Below are positions 37,319 through 51,196 of a stretch of DNA of 64,000 bases, piece after piece. Positions within the stretch are counted from its first letter, which is position 1; each line of letters opens with the position of its first letter. A program made the translations under genes and the position numbers. The notes under the pieces are model-generated. The model was not told where the DNA came from. It did not search any database and worked only from the letters and a program-made list of their open reading frames with translations. This DNA comes from Botryllus schlosseri (Eukaryota): positions 23,560,001 through 23,624,000 of the forward strand of contig CM119383.1 of NCBI GenBank assembly GCA_051294905.1, read 5' to 3'.

Positions 37319-40300
37319 CAGTGGTTCTCAACCGGTGTGCCGTTTACGTCTTGCAAGTGTGCCGCGAGCGATTTCATCTAAATTTTGAAATTATGCGCAA
37401 AATGATTCTAGTCTATACCACACGATCAACAATGTAAAATCGAGCTTGATGTGAAGTTTGTATGCGCATTTGACAATTCAAAATAGATGCTATGCTCGTA
37501 ATCACTATCCCCCGCGAATTACCTTTACCCGGCATCTCGCATACTTTGATGGCTGAATTCAGTTCTGCACAGAGACGAGTAGACATGGCGGCGCCTGTTT
37601 GACAATACAGTTTTCTAATCCTCATTGTCTCCCCAATCACCAGCGAGAAATGAACTCCTTTGAAAGGGACATAGCAATCCACATTGCGATTGTTAGGACC
37701 TGTTAGGTAGCGACGCGGCATTTTCGTTGAAATTTAGGCTTGTATAGCACTATCGTTGTGCTACCGGCGATTAATATGAGAATTGAGAAGTAAGGTTGAT
37801 CAAAATATAATAGTTAACAAACTTCCTCGTCGCTGTGGTTATTAACTTGGTTTGTTGGAAATATATTGAACTGCAGGTGGCTGCCAGTAGAACTATTGAG
37901 GTATGGCTATATCCTCACGCGATCTGCGTGGAAATGTACTGCATAGCCTACGCCTCTGTATTCGTTAGTGGCGATCGTGCTCGACCTCTTCGATGCGATG
38001 GTTGTTGTTGTTTGTGGTATTCATGGTGTTTGTCGACCACTGTGGTCATTTACACCAGGCCGATATTCCGTATTTTTGATTCCGTATCTGCCCACTTCCA
38101 GGCTTTTTGTAAGACACCGCTTATGTGGATGCAATGGTTAATTGCATCTACAACGCGGCAGTGTGCTGAGTTTATTGTCAAACTAATCTTATGCAATAGT
38201 ATCTATCGGCAGCCCAAAATTTCTGTGAAGTCGTAAATCATGAGTAAATCCAAATAATCCCCTTTTACTTTCGTCTGAATACGCCCTGTTTGTTGTGATC
38301 ATGATCACGAAGGAACAGTATTGTGACTTCTTATCAGTGCTTAGTAAGTTATATGGGGGACGCTATATGTACAAAAGTTTACTTTTAGAAATATTAAAAT
38401 GGATAAGTTTAGTTCAAAAGAAAGGAAGTCAAGCAGTAACGATCATTGCAATAAAGGAAAGAGAGCTTTTGGAAGTGAAGGTAAATTAGAAAAGAAAGAT
38501 AAGAGAGCACGCTTATATTGCGAAAGTTATCTAAATATGGGCTTCACTTGGTGTGAAGATGAATCGAAACCTGTACCAGATTGCCTTATCTGTCACGCTA
38601 AATTGTCGAATGAAGCTATGGTGCCAAGTAAGTTGAAAAGGCACCTTGAAAAAAAGCATGGACACTTGGCTGACAAACCGCCGAGCTATTTCAAAAGACT
38701 CTAGGATGAGCGAAAACACCAATCTAAGTCGTTCACCAAAACATTTGAAGTTTCAACGAGATCACAACAGGCCAGTTATGTGGTAGCGGAGATACTAGCT
38801 AAAAATTCAAAGCCTCACACGGAAGCGGAGAAAGTTATTCTTCCGGCTTGCACTGGAATTGTAAAAAAAATGATCGGGACCAAAGCTGCAGAGGAATTGA
38901 AAACAATTCCCTTGTCAAATGACACGATTCGTAGACGTATTTGTGACATGTCCAGAGATATACAAGATACCGTAATATCTTCTTTGAAGAAGAGCAAAAT
39001 CTTTACGATGCAAGTGGATGAGTCTACTGATATCAGTGGCAAGGCCCAGTTATTGGCTTTTATCAGGTTTGTCAGTGACGGAAAAATAGCAGATCAGTTT
39101 TTGTTGTTGTAAAGAACTCAAGGAAAGGACGACTGGTCGAGATGTTTTTGATGCTTTAAGCAAGTGTTTGGAAGAAAATGAATTTACTTGGGAGGAATGT
39201 GTAGGTATTTGTACCGATGGAGCTCCATCCATGGTTGGATCAATCAAAGGATTTGTTTCACTTGCAAAAAGGGTAAATAGTGATATCATTGCAACTCACT
39301 GTTTCCTTTCATCGTGAAGTGCTTGTTGGGAAAACATTGGACGCAGATTTGAACAGAGTACTAAAACAAGTTATTGAAATGGTAAATTACATCAAATCTA
39401 GACCACTCAAGTCCAGATTATTTACCAAACTTTGCAAGGAAATGGACGCAAACTATGATAATCTCCTGCTCCATTCTGGTTGTCACGTGGAAAAGCGTTG
39501 TCGAGAGTATACGAGCTGAAGGAGGAAATGCTGCTATTTTTTAGGCTTGAAAAACAAAGAGAATTTGAGGATTTCCTTTGCGATGACAACTGGCTCTCCA
39601 AATTAGCATATTTGGTAGATATCTTTGACCACCTAAATAAGACAAATTCCAGTATGCAAGGCAGGAATGAAAATCTCTTAACTTCAACAAACAAAATAAG
39701 AGCACTGCAAGAGAAATTAGAAATGTGGTCCATACGAGCAGAAGCAGGCACTTATAGCATGTTCTCCCATTTCTCCGAAACATATAACAGGGAAATCGGG
39801 CCATTGATTATTCAGCATCTCAAATGTTTGCATGCAAAAATAAACACATATTTTCCAACACTGAAAACAGAAAACTATGCATGGATAAGAAACCCATTTT
39901 TGCCGCAGGAAAAACATTTTACTTTAAATCTCAAAGAAGAGGAAGGGCTGATTGACATCCGAAATGACGGAAACATGAAGCTATGGTACAATGAGATGGC
40001 TCTCGACGAATTTTGGATTAAAATCCAGAAGGAATATTCTTGCATTGGAGAAAAGGCAATTGTCATTTTACTTCAATTTTCCACGTCGTATTTGTGCGAG
40101 ACTGGATTTTCCGTTCTAGTCAATATAAAAACCAAAAAAAGGGAGAGGTTACTTGCCGTTGAAGAAGAGATGAGAGTAGCATTATCAAATGTGCGTCCAG
40201 ACATTGAAAGGATATGCGCTAGAAGTCAAGCGCAAATTTCGCACCGACTTTGTCTGTGATAAAATTCAATAAATTGTTTTGTTTTCGCGAAAACTGTTCA

Positions 40301-40500
40301 ATTTAATGCAGAAACATCTTGTATTGACTGCAGAGGTGGTCACAATATTCAGCGTTATTACTGAAGTCGAATCAGTTGAGTATTCTGGTAGTTTGCAGGT
40401 GCCGTAATCCAAAAAAGTTCAGAACCGCTGTGCTGGTGTGCCGCGAACAATTTTTCATTTCCAAAGGGTGCCGTGAGGTCAAAAAGGTTGAGAGCCACTG
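37319..40500 (+). mobile_element. Full-length hAT Buster/Charlie-type transposon (3182 bp)
   Basis: TIR CAGTGG(T/C)TCTCAACC; perfect 8-bp TSD CCCTAAGG at 37311-37318 and 40501-40508, fitting the Buster nnnTAnnn target. Confidence 0.95.
38399..40259 (+). pseudogene. Buster-family (ZBED5/SCAND3-like) transposase with one stop and about three frameshifts
   Basis: PDCLICHAKLSNEAMVPSKLKRHL; TAG at 38702-38704; PHTEAEKVILPAC, PLSNDTIRRRI, QVDESTDI, CTDGAPSM, (W)LSRGKALSR, LAYLVDIFDHLN, QFSTSYLCETGFS...KTKKRERL. Confidence 0.93.
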
Positions 40501-41487
40501 CCCTAAGGTCTTCAACTCGAACCAATTTTTTTTACCTCTCGGTAGTGCATGTAACACTCTTCATTGTGCTTTTAGGTTTCTCATGTGTCGGAAGAGTGTC
40601 GTCATTTCATTGAGTTGAAGAGAGTGGGAAGAAAGCAAGGAATGTCACAAGGGAGTGAAGTACCGAAGTAATGCAGCTTGAATTTTAAAACATTGTTACT
40701 TCGGGCAAAGAACATGTATGGAAGATACTAAAAAGAAACTGCAGATTCCAAAGGACCAAAATTGAGGTGGTTCCACCTACAATTATATTGCATATAACGA
40801 TGAAACCTCATGTTCAATCGTAATGTCGAGTAAGCCGTGTTCGAGCACTCTCACAGTATCTACATTGAATTCCCCTGGCAGAGTACAACAATATTTTTTA
40901 TAAAAACTCCATATATATATGCTGCAGCTATGTATAGTCATTTGCACGCCTGACATCCCATCGTAGCATCTTACTTTCTGGAGTGGTGCGGAACTGAATG
41001 TTGTAATACGTATCAGCGACGTCAATGTTATTGATTAGCAAGGTTGTAAATAATTCTTTATAAATAGACCTATGTACTGAATCACTCAGATATAGAACAT
41101 GCATTATGCAAGAACAAGCATTATGCAACAACAATCATTTGTAAGCTCACTTCGTCTAATCCGGTGGTCTCCACAGACTGTCAGTGGTAATTCCGTCATA
41201 ATTGTTCAGTTAAAGGTCAACTGCATCTAAAAAATGACTTTGCCTTATTTCGTACGTTATGTGGTTAGGATTATGAATAAAATAATAATAATTGAAATTA
41301 CATGATAGTTTTCAAGTAATTTAAATTATAAGTCGAAAAGCGGAAAAACGGATATGAAATCATTCAGCTATGAAATGACGTCATGTGAATGACACGGCAA
41401 AAGTCCTGGTATAGCTCTGTGGTAAACAGATAGTTATTCGTGTTGGGATTGATTTTGATACTGAATTTGATTGTGAATATCGAAGGT

Positions 41488-42760
41488 ATGAAGAAGATGA
41501 GGCACGGAGGTACATCTTGTGTCGCGTATGGTTGCTGAAATACGCAATATTCCGTACCCAAAGTGTCTTTTCATCGCTGTCCAAACCCTATTGCCGGAGA
41601 GGATTATCAAGACTGTGAAAGTGATATCCAATTCCTGTCAAGTGACGATAGCTTCCACCCCACAGAGTTAGATGGCGAGTCAGAGTGAGTACTTGAACAG
41701 TGTAATCATATTTGTACCAAGTCTTAACCAAGATAATGATTTGCAGGCATTCAGATTCAGAGGAATGTCTGGAGAATAGCAAGACCCAGTTTGTGATTGT
41801 GGACAGAAATAATCTGGTGAGCATTTTTCAACATTGTCCAATGTGTCAATCAGAGTCGAACGTGCAAGAGTCTGATTTAGGTGGCACACTGAGAATCAAG
41901 CAAGACTGCACAAACTGCTCATACTCCAGATTTTGATTTACGGGTAGTGTAGATGGCGTTACATCCTTTAAAGCCTACTTGACTGTATCAAAAAGAAACA
42001 AACTGCTTCATTCAGCATATATACATGATAGATATAGGCCTAAATTTAAGTTACAATGAATAGCATCTTTGATTCTGTTGTTTACCATTATTGCAATCCA
42101 TTTTCAGATTCATTGGCATATGAAAGGATTTGCTATGTTCTCTACTCCACGCGAATGGAAAATGACATCCGCCATCTATCGCCGAATGGAAACACTGCTG
42201 GAAGTGAATCATTCAATGCCCTCAATCATTTCTGCCCAAAGTTATATCACTACGACCATATTTCAGTCATGAAAGCCAGGTAGGTACCTTGCAGTGTCTT
42301 GGCTATTCAAAACTAACCTATATCAGATTTTGGCATAATTACTAGCCTCATCAATTATGCATATTTTGTAGGATGCAGTTGGCAATCCTGCATTTCAATG
42401 AAAATTGCTCGGAAACTCAGAAAATGTCGAAAGAAGGAGCACCGTGGACAAATACCGGAAGTACAAAAATGGGGAATGTACGGCCCACAAGATACTTGAA
42501 AATTCAACATTTGGTAACTGCCGCTGATCTGACTGCAGCATAAGATTTCTTCATATTGTTATGCCTGTTCTACATTTCTACAATGAGCTTGTCGAAGAAG
42601 TTCAAGCACTCATCAGAACTGGACCAGAAACTGTTGAGTTGAGCGATTGTGCTGAGACCGTTCCACCTCTGACTAGCAGCGTAATCAAAATTAGCAGAGA
42701 GGAAGCTATTGCCCGACATAAAACCCGATATGCTTTTCTGCCTGACACCCGACACGGTAG
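41488..42760 (+). pseudogene. Kolobok THAP/transposase relic (catalytic core missing)
   Basis: THAP start SCVAYGC*N...VSFHRCP; LVSIFQHCPMC...GGTLRIKQDCTNC; DIRHLSP...ESFNALNHFCPK...KAR|.QLAILHFNEN; VPPLTS...REEAIARHKTRY. Confidence 0.75.
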
Positions 42761-42813
42761 TCATTTTGGTCGATTAGTTACATGCGTTTATTATTTGGAA
42801 TACAACTGTACAT

Positions 42814-43190
42814 TCACAATGTGGCGTTACTGAACTTGAATCCTTTGTAAGAATTTGACGTAAATTTTGTTCGGACAGCAGTAACAACGAATGCAGGCAG
42901 GATTTTCCGCTGGTTTATGCCACAGAATCCCCATACCAAGCGAACACAATTTCTGAAAAGTGAAAACAAATGCATTAGTGCGAGAAAAGTATTTGACAAC
43001 CGGATCAGAGACTCATCCCATTCATACATCGAACTCGATGTTATTATTCTGCGGCCATATTCCTGTTGATATCCATAGTAGGACATCTCCAATACGTCAA
43101 CGTCCAGACACACTGCATTGAATCCTGGCAATTCCGTGATACACTTTATTTCTGTCAGTAACTCTCGGAACCCCCTTACAGCACAAACTT
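42814..43190 (-). pseudogene. Kolobok second gene, Cys-rich, similar to the P2X7 C-terminal domain
   Basis: LCCKGVP...KCITELPGFNAVCLDVDVL..SYYGYQQEYG...CVRLVWGFCG..QRKILPAFVVTAVRTKF...YKGF. Confidence 0.75.
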
Positions 43191-46100
43191 ATCAAGATGC
43201 ATGACTGAAACGAGCTATTACACTACATACTATATATACAACTGTATTTCATGTAGTCTCGACGAGCGGCTTGCGCTGAGCAAGCTAAGGCTGTTCATAA
43301 CCAATCATTATTATGAAGCTGCAAGGGGTTCCACTGACGTGGGATCGAGCGCATCAACACCTGAACCAATCCGGCATTTTAACGGTAATTTTGTAAGTAC
43401 GTGCAAAAACGATACTCACATTCGACATCGGAGTACTCAGACTCAGTCACAATATCACTTGGCAAATCCGTTACAATGGAAACCTCGGCCATTACTGACT
43501 AGAATAAAAACTGCGAGAACACAAACAGCCGCTGTGACCGGTGTTGATAATATGTGTCATTCACTTGACGTCACAATGCACATTCTGCTTTTTCTGTAAA
43601 CATGCCAATATTGGAACTTTCAGTCAAAATTACGGCAATTTCCGATTGAGTTGAAACACGGAAAGGCGGTAATTTCGTTATGAAAAAAAATTCTGAACAT
43701 GATTCCGCAAAGTTGTCATGAAGATGCAGTTGACCTTTAACATTTTCTGCGCTATGTGTATAACTTCAATGATAGTTCGTATAAACAATTTCGCGATGTC
43801 ATTAAAAATTATCATTCCTTGTAGGCTAAATTTAAGGGAACTGCCAAGTATTGGGCTACTTTCCCACAAAAAATATCTCCCTGTTGGGTTCTTAATATTA
43901 TGGTACGCCCACCATTCATTCCTTCCAACTAGAAATATCATTTTTAGTTTCGCGTGATACACTCCGAGAACCGTGTTTACGCACTTTGTCCTGGCGTCAA
44001 GATCGAAACACAATCGCGTGCATACATCTACGATCTCTGCGTTGGAACTACAAGTGGGGATACTGATAACCTACGATCTCTGCGTTGGAACTACAAGTGG
44101 GGATACTGATAAATGCGGGGACTATACATTTAAAGACAGATTTGTGACGCCGAAACTCATCGAAAGCGTTATCATGATATTTTACAGATGACGGACAGAT
44201 CCATCTTTGGACGAAATTTGCAGTGAATATACTATTTGTTATTGTTGACCGCCGCAATAAATCTGTGAAGCCATTCGTACATCTTTAATGTACGTTATAT
44301 AATGCAGAAATATACTATACATTATATTTGTTACATACTTGTTCCAGATCCTTTACGTGCGACCAGCAACAGTCAGAGGTGGTCAAAGTAATGAATAAAG
44401 CTACTCAAGTAGGGATAGAAGTAGTGCTTTTAAAACAAACCGAAAATTATCAAGTAAAATTAGAATTGTCCGGCTTTAAATCTACTCAAGTAAGTAAGTA
44501 GCTGTGAAAAGCAGTAATTAATACTCTATCTCTGGACTGTCAAAAGCTGATAACTGAGCTGTTCGGGCGGTGCAGAGAGATGCTGGGTTCGTTCTGCTAA
44601 ATTCGAGAATGTCTAGATTTTCCGGAGCATAATAAAAATATATCACATGTCTTTTGTCCGGGAAGCTTCAGCGGTGGTCTGCAAAAACAAGATTAATAAA
44701 CGCTCAAAAGTCGAGGCAAATTTTTTCAGTTTAGGACAGGCCCTTTGCTGCTAGATTACAACACCTATTGTTTCCAACGTATTGCTGAATCACATTTACC
44801 GTGATGGAACGTGTCAATGGGCGACGATGCGATGCGAAAGTAGCCACGCAACCGCTACATATTGCATATTGAACGATATTTTCGTGTGAACATATCATAT
44901 TTTTCACTCCATTTTATTTCGTACGAAGAACCACGAAAATTCTTGACTTACTGAACTTTTGGAAAAATAAATTTTTGTTGATTTTCCTTCAAACCGGCGC
45001 TATCTCTATCTCTATCTCACCGTCATTGGAAGAGTATAATACTTCTATTCGACAAACTACAAACAACGAAAGCTAAATCGGAAAATATGATGAAGTAGAA
45101 GTGACGGTTAATTAGATATACTCAAGTAAGTAGAACAAGTACAGTAAAACTACTTGAGTACTTCGAAAACGTAAACGTATTTCTTCTGGCTACAATACTG
45201 TATTTTTCAACACAGATCAGTAGTCGGTCATTATTATTATCAGCGATAAAGAGAGCGACGCTTTTGCCTCTCAGTTCAGCTGCCTCATGGACTTGAAAGT
45301 GCGTGTGACAATTTCTTTTACGAAATATTTTCGAGCATTTACCACGAGAAAGAACACAATTACCGGGGCAATATGCGGGCGAGTACAGATTTACAATTGA
45401 ATTTCTGTACCTTCAAGAAGCTCCTCAATTACAGATTTACAAATATATACCACACATTAGAACGAACTACGCAATATGAAATATCATTTCGTGGATAATA
45501 ATCAGTAAATGTTCGAGTGTTGCAGCAATTTCGCGTTCCCGCGCTCTGTCGAATAAACAGGTTCGGTGAATGTCATGCCGATGAAGTGAAGCAAAAATTG
45601 TCCACGGTTTCAGGTAGTTTTTAGTGAACGGATAAGTCGGTCAATTTTGTAAAAGCGTACTTCTAGGCGACGATGGCCTGACCGAAGCGGAAATACTAAA
45701 CGTTCGTGGAGCCTATGTCGTTGCATCAATTGAAAGTGGCCATCAGTCGATGATTTATGGAAATAACGATAGTGAGCTGCTTGATCTTTTCGTTGATATT
45801 CGACTTTCCAGATCGTCCAGCAGTCCGTCAATTTATTCCAACGTGCTGATATATTGTGATAAATATGTTATGAAATTTGCAATTTCATATTTTTTTTATT
45901 ATTTCCGCTACGCTCATATTCAGCACCGTCCGTTTCCGTCTTTCTGGGTGTCATCTTGCCATCTTGCAGACCATGTGTCAACATTGCGTATGCAGCCTAT
46001 TGGCAATAACAATTTAAATCAAGCCAGATTAAGGAGGCGAGTGGCGCACTTTGATACCGATGGTGTTTGGTTCGAATCCATGTTCGGGCAAGTTTCTATG

Positions 46101-46921
46101 TGTCGGAGCTCCTAATCGCCGATCCCGATACACCATAACAGTGTCTTGAAATGCCCAGAAACACAGTAATTCACGCTGCAAAAAGTCGGCATTAGAGACC
46201 CGACTCACCACACACTCAACTCATGCATATGACTAGGGTTGCATTTGAAACAAAAAATGTTTTAAACAAATGCATTTGTAATCTTTTTTTAAACGTTGTA
46301 TCATTATACCATAATTGAAGAGCTTCTTGGAGGTACAGAACATCAATATGTGATTGCATAGTGCATTCATATTGAAATGAACCCGAATATTTTCGGATGA
46401 CATTCGATAATGTTCTTTCTTATTCGCAACTTGTTGCCAACCCGCTACAATATTCGGATTATTTTCAATCTGAATATACTATTCAATTGTTTATGCCATA
46501 ACAGTGTAAATACTTTAGTATGAGCTTACGCACGATTTGCACCCATATTCGACGTATGCGATATGGAGTGGATGGAACCCTTAAATCTTCGTTGTCTCGA
46601 CAGTTATAGCAAGTAGATATAGAAAATTGGTACGGAATGGGAGTTCTGATGATGATAACCGAAGACCGTGAAAATGCTGAATAACGATGCAGATTCAGAA
46701 AAATAAATTTGACGTGTTATGTTCGTAACTTTTGCCAGCAGCTACTTTTGTATTACTTGCCGACAAAAATATCCTCCTTTTTTGATCGGATATACGGTAA
46801 CCCTACTATTGATGCCTTCAAACTAGAAATTTTATGTTTAGTTTCGCGTGATAGACTCACGTACCCTTGTGTACGCCCTTTGTCCTGGCGTCAAGATAGA
46901 AACACAATCACGTGCATACAT

Positions 46922-47330
46922 TAGGGTTGCCATACGTCCGGAATTTCTCGGACATGTCCGGAATTTCACTGTTCAAACTAGCGTCCGGGAGGAATTTCTA
47001 AAATATGCCAAATGTCTGGAAATTTGAAGACTTGACCTAGGCTCATAACTTTTTCTTAAATCAGCATAAAGACAATATATTTTCGGGAATAGTTATGGTG
47101 ATGCATGATATTTTTCTCCGCGCTGCGCTCGATTTACTATCACATTTATTGATTTTAATATAGAGAATACCACCCTCGTAAAAATTGCAATAAAATATAA
47201 ATTAAATCAACCTTAATTTACTGGAACAAGCCTAATTGTAATCGCAATTCTAGGAGAACAATATATTCCTAGAGATCGTTAAGGTCGTTCAAATGCCTTA
47301 TTCAAAGATAGTGGTTCGCCAAACGGGGGA
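46922..47330. mobile_element. Left end of a hAT-type element; a second copy starts at 54588
   Basis: TAGGGTTGCCATACGTCC(G/A)GAATTT..CGGACATGTCCGGAATTTCACTG is shared with 54588-~54830. No partner end was found. Confidence 0.65.
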
Positions 47331-48374
47331 GGAGGGTCGTTTGCAAAGGTGCTGACCTCTTTTATGAGCTCGTCTAATTTTGATCTGGGCTACGGAACAA
47401 TTTCAAATTGGAAACGAAGTCGCGATCATCAAAAGTTAGAAGCCACTGGATGTGGGGTGTTTTTAAAGCTCCGTGGTGCGCACCGGCATGAGACCGATAA
47501 ATAATCTTATCGGTAGGACATGAACATGACTTAACGATGTGCAATTATGCTCACTCTATTTCTAGAACTCAACATCCTCCACCAGCTCTACCGCTAACTC
47601 TGATCACGTGGGCGGAGAGTAGTATCTAGGTAACTTTATTGCGAGTTGGCTTAGGATGACGAATCGGGTCATGTCTCTGCATCAAATTCAACTAATACCA
47701 TTTGTTAATTCGATTTTCTCCACAAAATGGTTTTGGTTTTGTTTGCTGAGTCCACACAATTTTCTGCACATGGAAAATTTATTGCGACTTGGCTTGTCAT
47801 GATGTGCATATGTTTCTGCATACCTATCATAGAAAAAACATAGTAACACCCCCACAATACAATATTTTGGTAGGCCAATACTGGAATTTCGATGCTAAAC
47901 ATCTGTGCAACAAGTTTGTGTCTTAATGTTATATATGTTGGGCAGTAATTTGCACGCCTCACATCAATATTAGCGACACACCAAGTTGTGTGTATCGTGA
48001 TTTTGCACGCATTTTTCGGTATGTATTTACGCTGTGGTTTCGGTGCGAATGCATTATGAAGGACTGTATGATGAAGATGCAATGCTAATCGCTGCACGTG
48101 TCTTCCGATTCGCAGTTCATTAAATTGCATCCTTGCAAGCAATAGGAGCACTACGGTATGTCTTGATTTTAGTATCGAACGCTGTGTCAAGTCTCAAGCT
48201 TGACACTCAATGATTAGGACAGTAATTTCGTTATCAAGGTCGAGTATGGTAGAGACGTGCGGATTATGCGCTGATCTGACACGCATTGGTGATTTCATGC
48301 AAAAGCCGGTGTACCCGTGCTAACGTTAACTGTGTTCCGTTCTGAGATAGGTGATGAGATGTTGATATCATGGA

Positions 48375-48700
48375 CAGACATGGATGGGATGATTACTTCA
48401 TAAATGTAATCGATTGCGATTACGATTACTTCTGAATCACGTGATTACGATTATGATTACAGTAAAACCAGGAAGTAGTCGATTACGATTACATTGGAAA
48501 AGTAATCACGATTACTGACGATTACATTTGTTTTGCTTCTTGCAAGGTCCGTAACTGCCCCACTATCTATTCGCCAATAGGGCGGGGAGCGAGCTCGAAG
48601 GAGACTCAAAAGTATTTCGTAAACCAACAAAAATTATAGGGTATTTTCAAGAGATATAATTTACTTGAAAATTTTATTCGAGCTTTGCGATTTAAATGAC
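48375..48700. mobile_element. Partial copy of the CAGACATGG/GATTAC-repeat hAT-type family (full copy at 58691-60700)
   Basis: Same start and GATTAC(GAT) arrays, plus the shared AATAGGGCGGGGAGCGAGCTCGAAG segment. Confidence 0.7.
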
Positions 48701-51196
48701 CCTAGAGCAGTGATTCTCGACCTTTTTTTGTCTTCGCGCACCCCCTTTGCGCCGTCACGGATCCCGCCGAAGCCGAACCCCCAGAGTTTGGGTTCAAATT
48801 TAGCTCTATTATCGGGCAAATATTACTGTAGGCTGGTGATGAACCTGGTGCTATTTACGTATAAACTGGGCAAACTTTTGTTATTTCAAAGCGAATTCTG
48901 TAGTTGCATTTATGGTAATTCGCGTCCGTGTCATGAAAATACGCGCCGTCGGTTTCATATGAACGAGTACCGAAAATCCATTTCCACAAAGATAGGTGAT
49001 GGCGAATGTAATCATAACGCGTAACGCTTCCGGTGGCACCTTTGGGTGTTATTGCAACAAACATGGGACCAGTTTAGTCTCTTGGTACTCTCTCGTTTCA
49101 CCAGACAGCATTGTTGCGTCTCAATGCCAATCTCCATAACAATGAAAAATTCGAGGCTGATTGTGGGGGTTCCAGGACCGCGAGCGGAATAAAATTCATA
49201 TTTCCGTAATCAGTGCAGAGTCAGCTTTCGATTGATACCCGTTTCACCAAATTTAATGCTCGGCAAGCCGGTCAAAAATTACCGTCAAATTGCCTGTAGC
49301 CAATTGGAAATTGTGACGTGGTACAATTTCACTGAGCCGTGAGATTTGCTTGTGTCGACACCATACAAGACACTATGATTACACGCGCGGCGGATAGACA
49401 CTAAAATCAGACCAGACACGAGCTGCACAGTGTACAGTCGTATAGTACAGCCTTACAGCCGTACAGTCGTATATAGCTTAGAGACGTACACGTGGTCGCC
49501 GTATCTTGCCTGAGTCGTGCACGCGTTGTGTGAAAACTGCAACAACTGTCGTTCCTAGTTTTATAATTTGGCTTACTCACTCGGGATTGCCGTACCAACA
49601 TTTCTTGAAACAAAGCCAAGCTACGCAGTATAATCACACACGCGGCGGATAGACACAAAAATCAGACAAGACACAAGCCGTACAAAACAGTCACGCGGAC
49701 TGCTGTTTATAATCTCCGGCAAAAGACAAGGCCAATAAGGGCTTTAAAACATACTAAAGTATTCCAGCAGGGCTTTACTAAAAAACATAGGTGAGGATAC
49801 CTCACCTAACAGAACTTTACATCTGATCAATTTGATAATCTAGTGACAGAGACCTTTTCGGCACAACGTATTACTACGCGTTTGCCGTGCAGTTTGGCCG
49901 AGCTCCAATTCCAGAAGCAAACAGCCAAAGAGCACTCTGATACCACACGGCAACACACAACAGATACCTACATAGATCTAGGAAGCGCAGCTGTTTCAGG
50001 CCAGAGTTTGAAAGATCTCGGCGAATTACCAATAGGGAATTTTGAAGAGTGGTGTAGCACAGCGGTTTAATAGACGGTATGTAACAGTGTTACAAGTGTA
50101 ATTTGTATTTTAAAATTGATAAAACACCGAAGAAATCGGCAAATTACACAAATTTAGGCTGCGGACTGAAGATCTCCACTTGGACTAACAACGGACGAGA
50201 CAAAGGAGACCATTGTCAGCCAACTATTCGATTGTCTGGCTGCATTATCTAAATAGGTAATTACAGTGGTCCTGTACGCGTCGCAACAAAAGCTGTTGCC
50301 ACATTTACACAAGAACAAGTGTAGGCAAACCAAATAGCGCTGTGAAACGGCATAGAACATCACGCCAGGCATAGAACATCGCGCCAGAACACTATACAAC
50401 ACAAAGGAGATGTGTGCTCGAATCTTTGAAAGGGCTGTTTGTTCAAATCATTACAAAAAAATCTGTGTGCTTAAAAGAAGAAAAAAACAACATGTCTAAA
50501 ATATACCACGCATGGAACAAGACCAAGTCCTTTTTTGACCTAGTCGGAGAAGAGAAATATTAACACAGAAGAGGTGTTGAATTTGATCCTCACTCAAAAG
50601 GATTTGAAACGAATCAAACAGCACATTCAGTCGATATCTGTAATGTAACTGATAAGCCCACATGGACATACCCTGAGCATACAGAATGCACGATATTGAT
50701 TTTTGCTCACGAGCGCCGCCATTATGGTCAAGGGATGGAGGTCGGAGAATATTGCTTCGTGCGCGCAGATGGCAGTTTTGGAGTTGGTTTCGCTATTTAT
50801 CTCCGTGGGTTGTCGATATGATGCAGTTCAGGGAATCGATGCTAAATTAAGATGAACAGCATGTTTATTGTTAGCATGGAATCTTTTCTTTTAGCGAAAA
50901 ACAGCCAATTTCTGCCGTTTTACGAAGTTTTTCGGTACTGGTTTGAGACAACTCACCTGAAGTCTAGAACATGGCATATCAGCTTGACTTCTAAGATTTA
51001 ATGTATGTGTAAAATAGCTGGTCATAACGGATATATTTACGTAATTTATATTAGTGATTTTATTCCTGTAATACAGTTTTATGTTTAATATGGACAGGTT
51101 GATTTTATGTTTACAATGGACAGGTTGATTTTTTGCGAAGAACTTTTACAATAAACAATCTATATAATATACGGTACTGCCTGTGAGATAACAGAC

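Larger units (their letters stand above)
41214..43736 (+). mobile_element. Kolobok transposon, internally deleted (2523 bp)
   Basis: 15-bp TIR AGGTCAACTGCATCT; TTAA at 41210-41213 and 43737-43740; two convergent gene relics. Confidence 0.9.

Noticed and set aside
46041-46079. tRNA gene suggested by GGTTCGAATCC (B-box) and a weak A-box
   Set aside because: The box spacing (~27 nt) is too short and no cloverleaf forms; at most a decayed SINE.
47705-48190. 161-aa ORF as a Harbinger transposase tail (TVLHN)
   Set aside because: A single short motif with no catalytic motifs is insufficient.
48708-48730. Complete Buster MITE starting CAGTGATTCTCGACC after CCCTAGAG
   Set aside because: No partner TIR or second CCCTAGAG was found.
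50240-50340. SWIM-like WSCTRRNKSCCHI fragment suggesting an ISL2EU accessory gene next to the THAP relic
   Set aside because: Too short and degenerate, with no YqaJ or DDE motifs seen.
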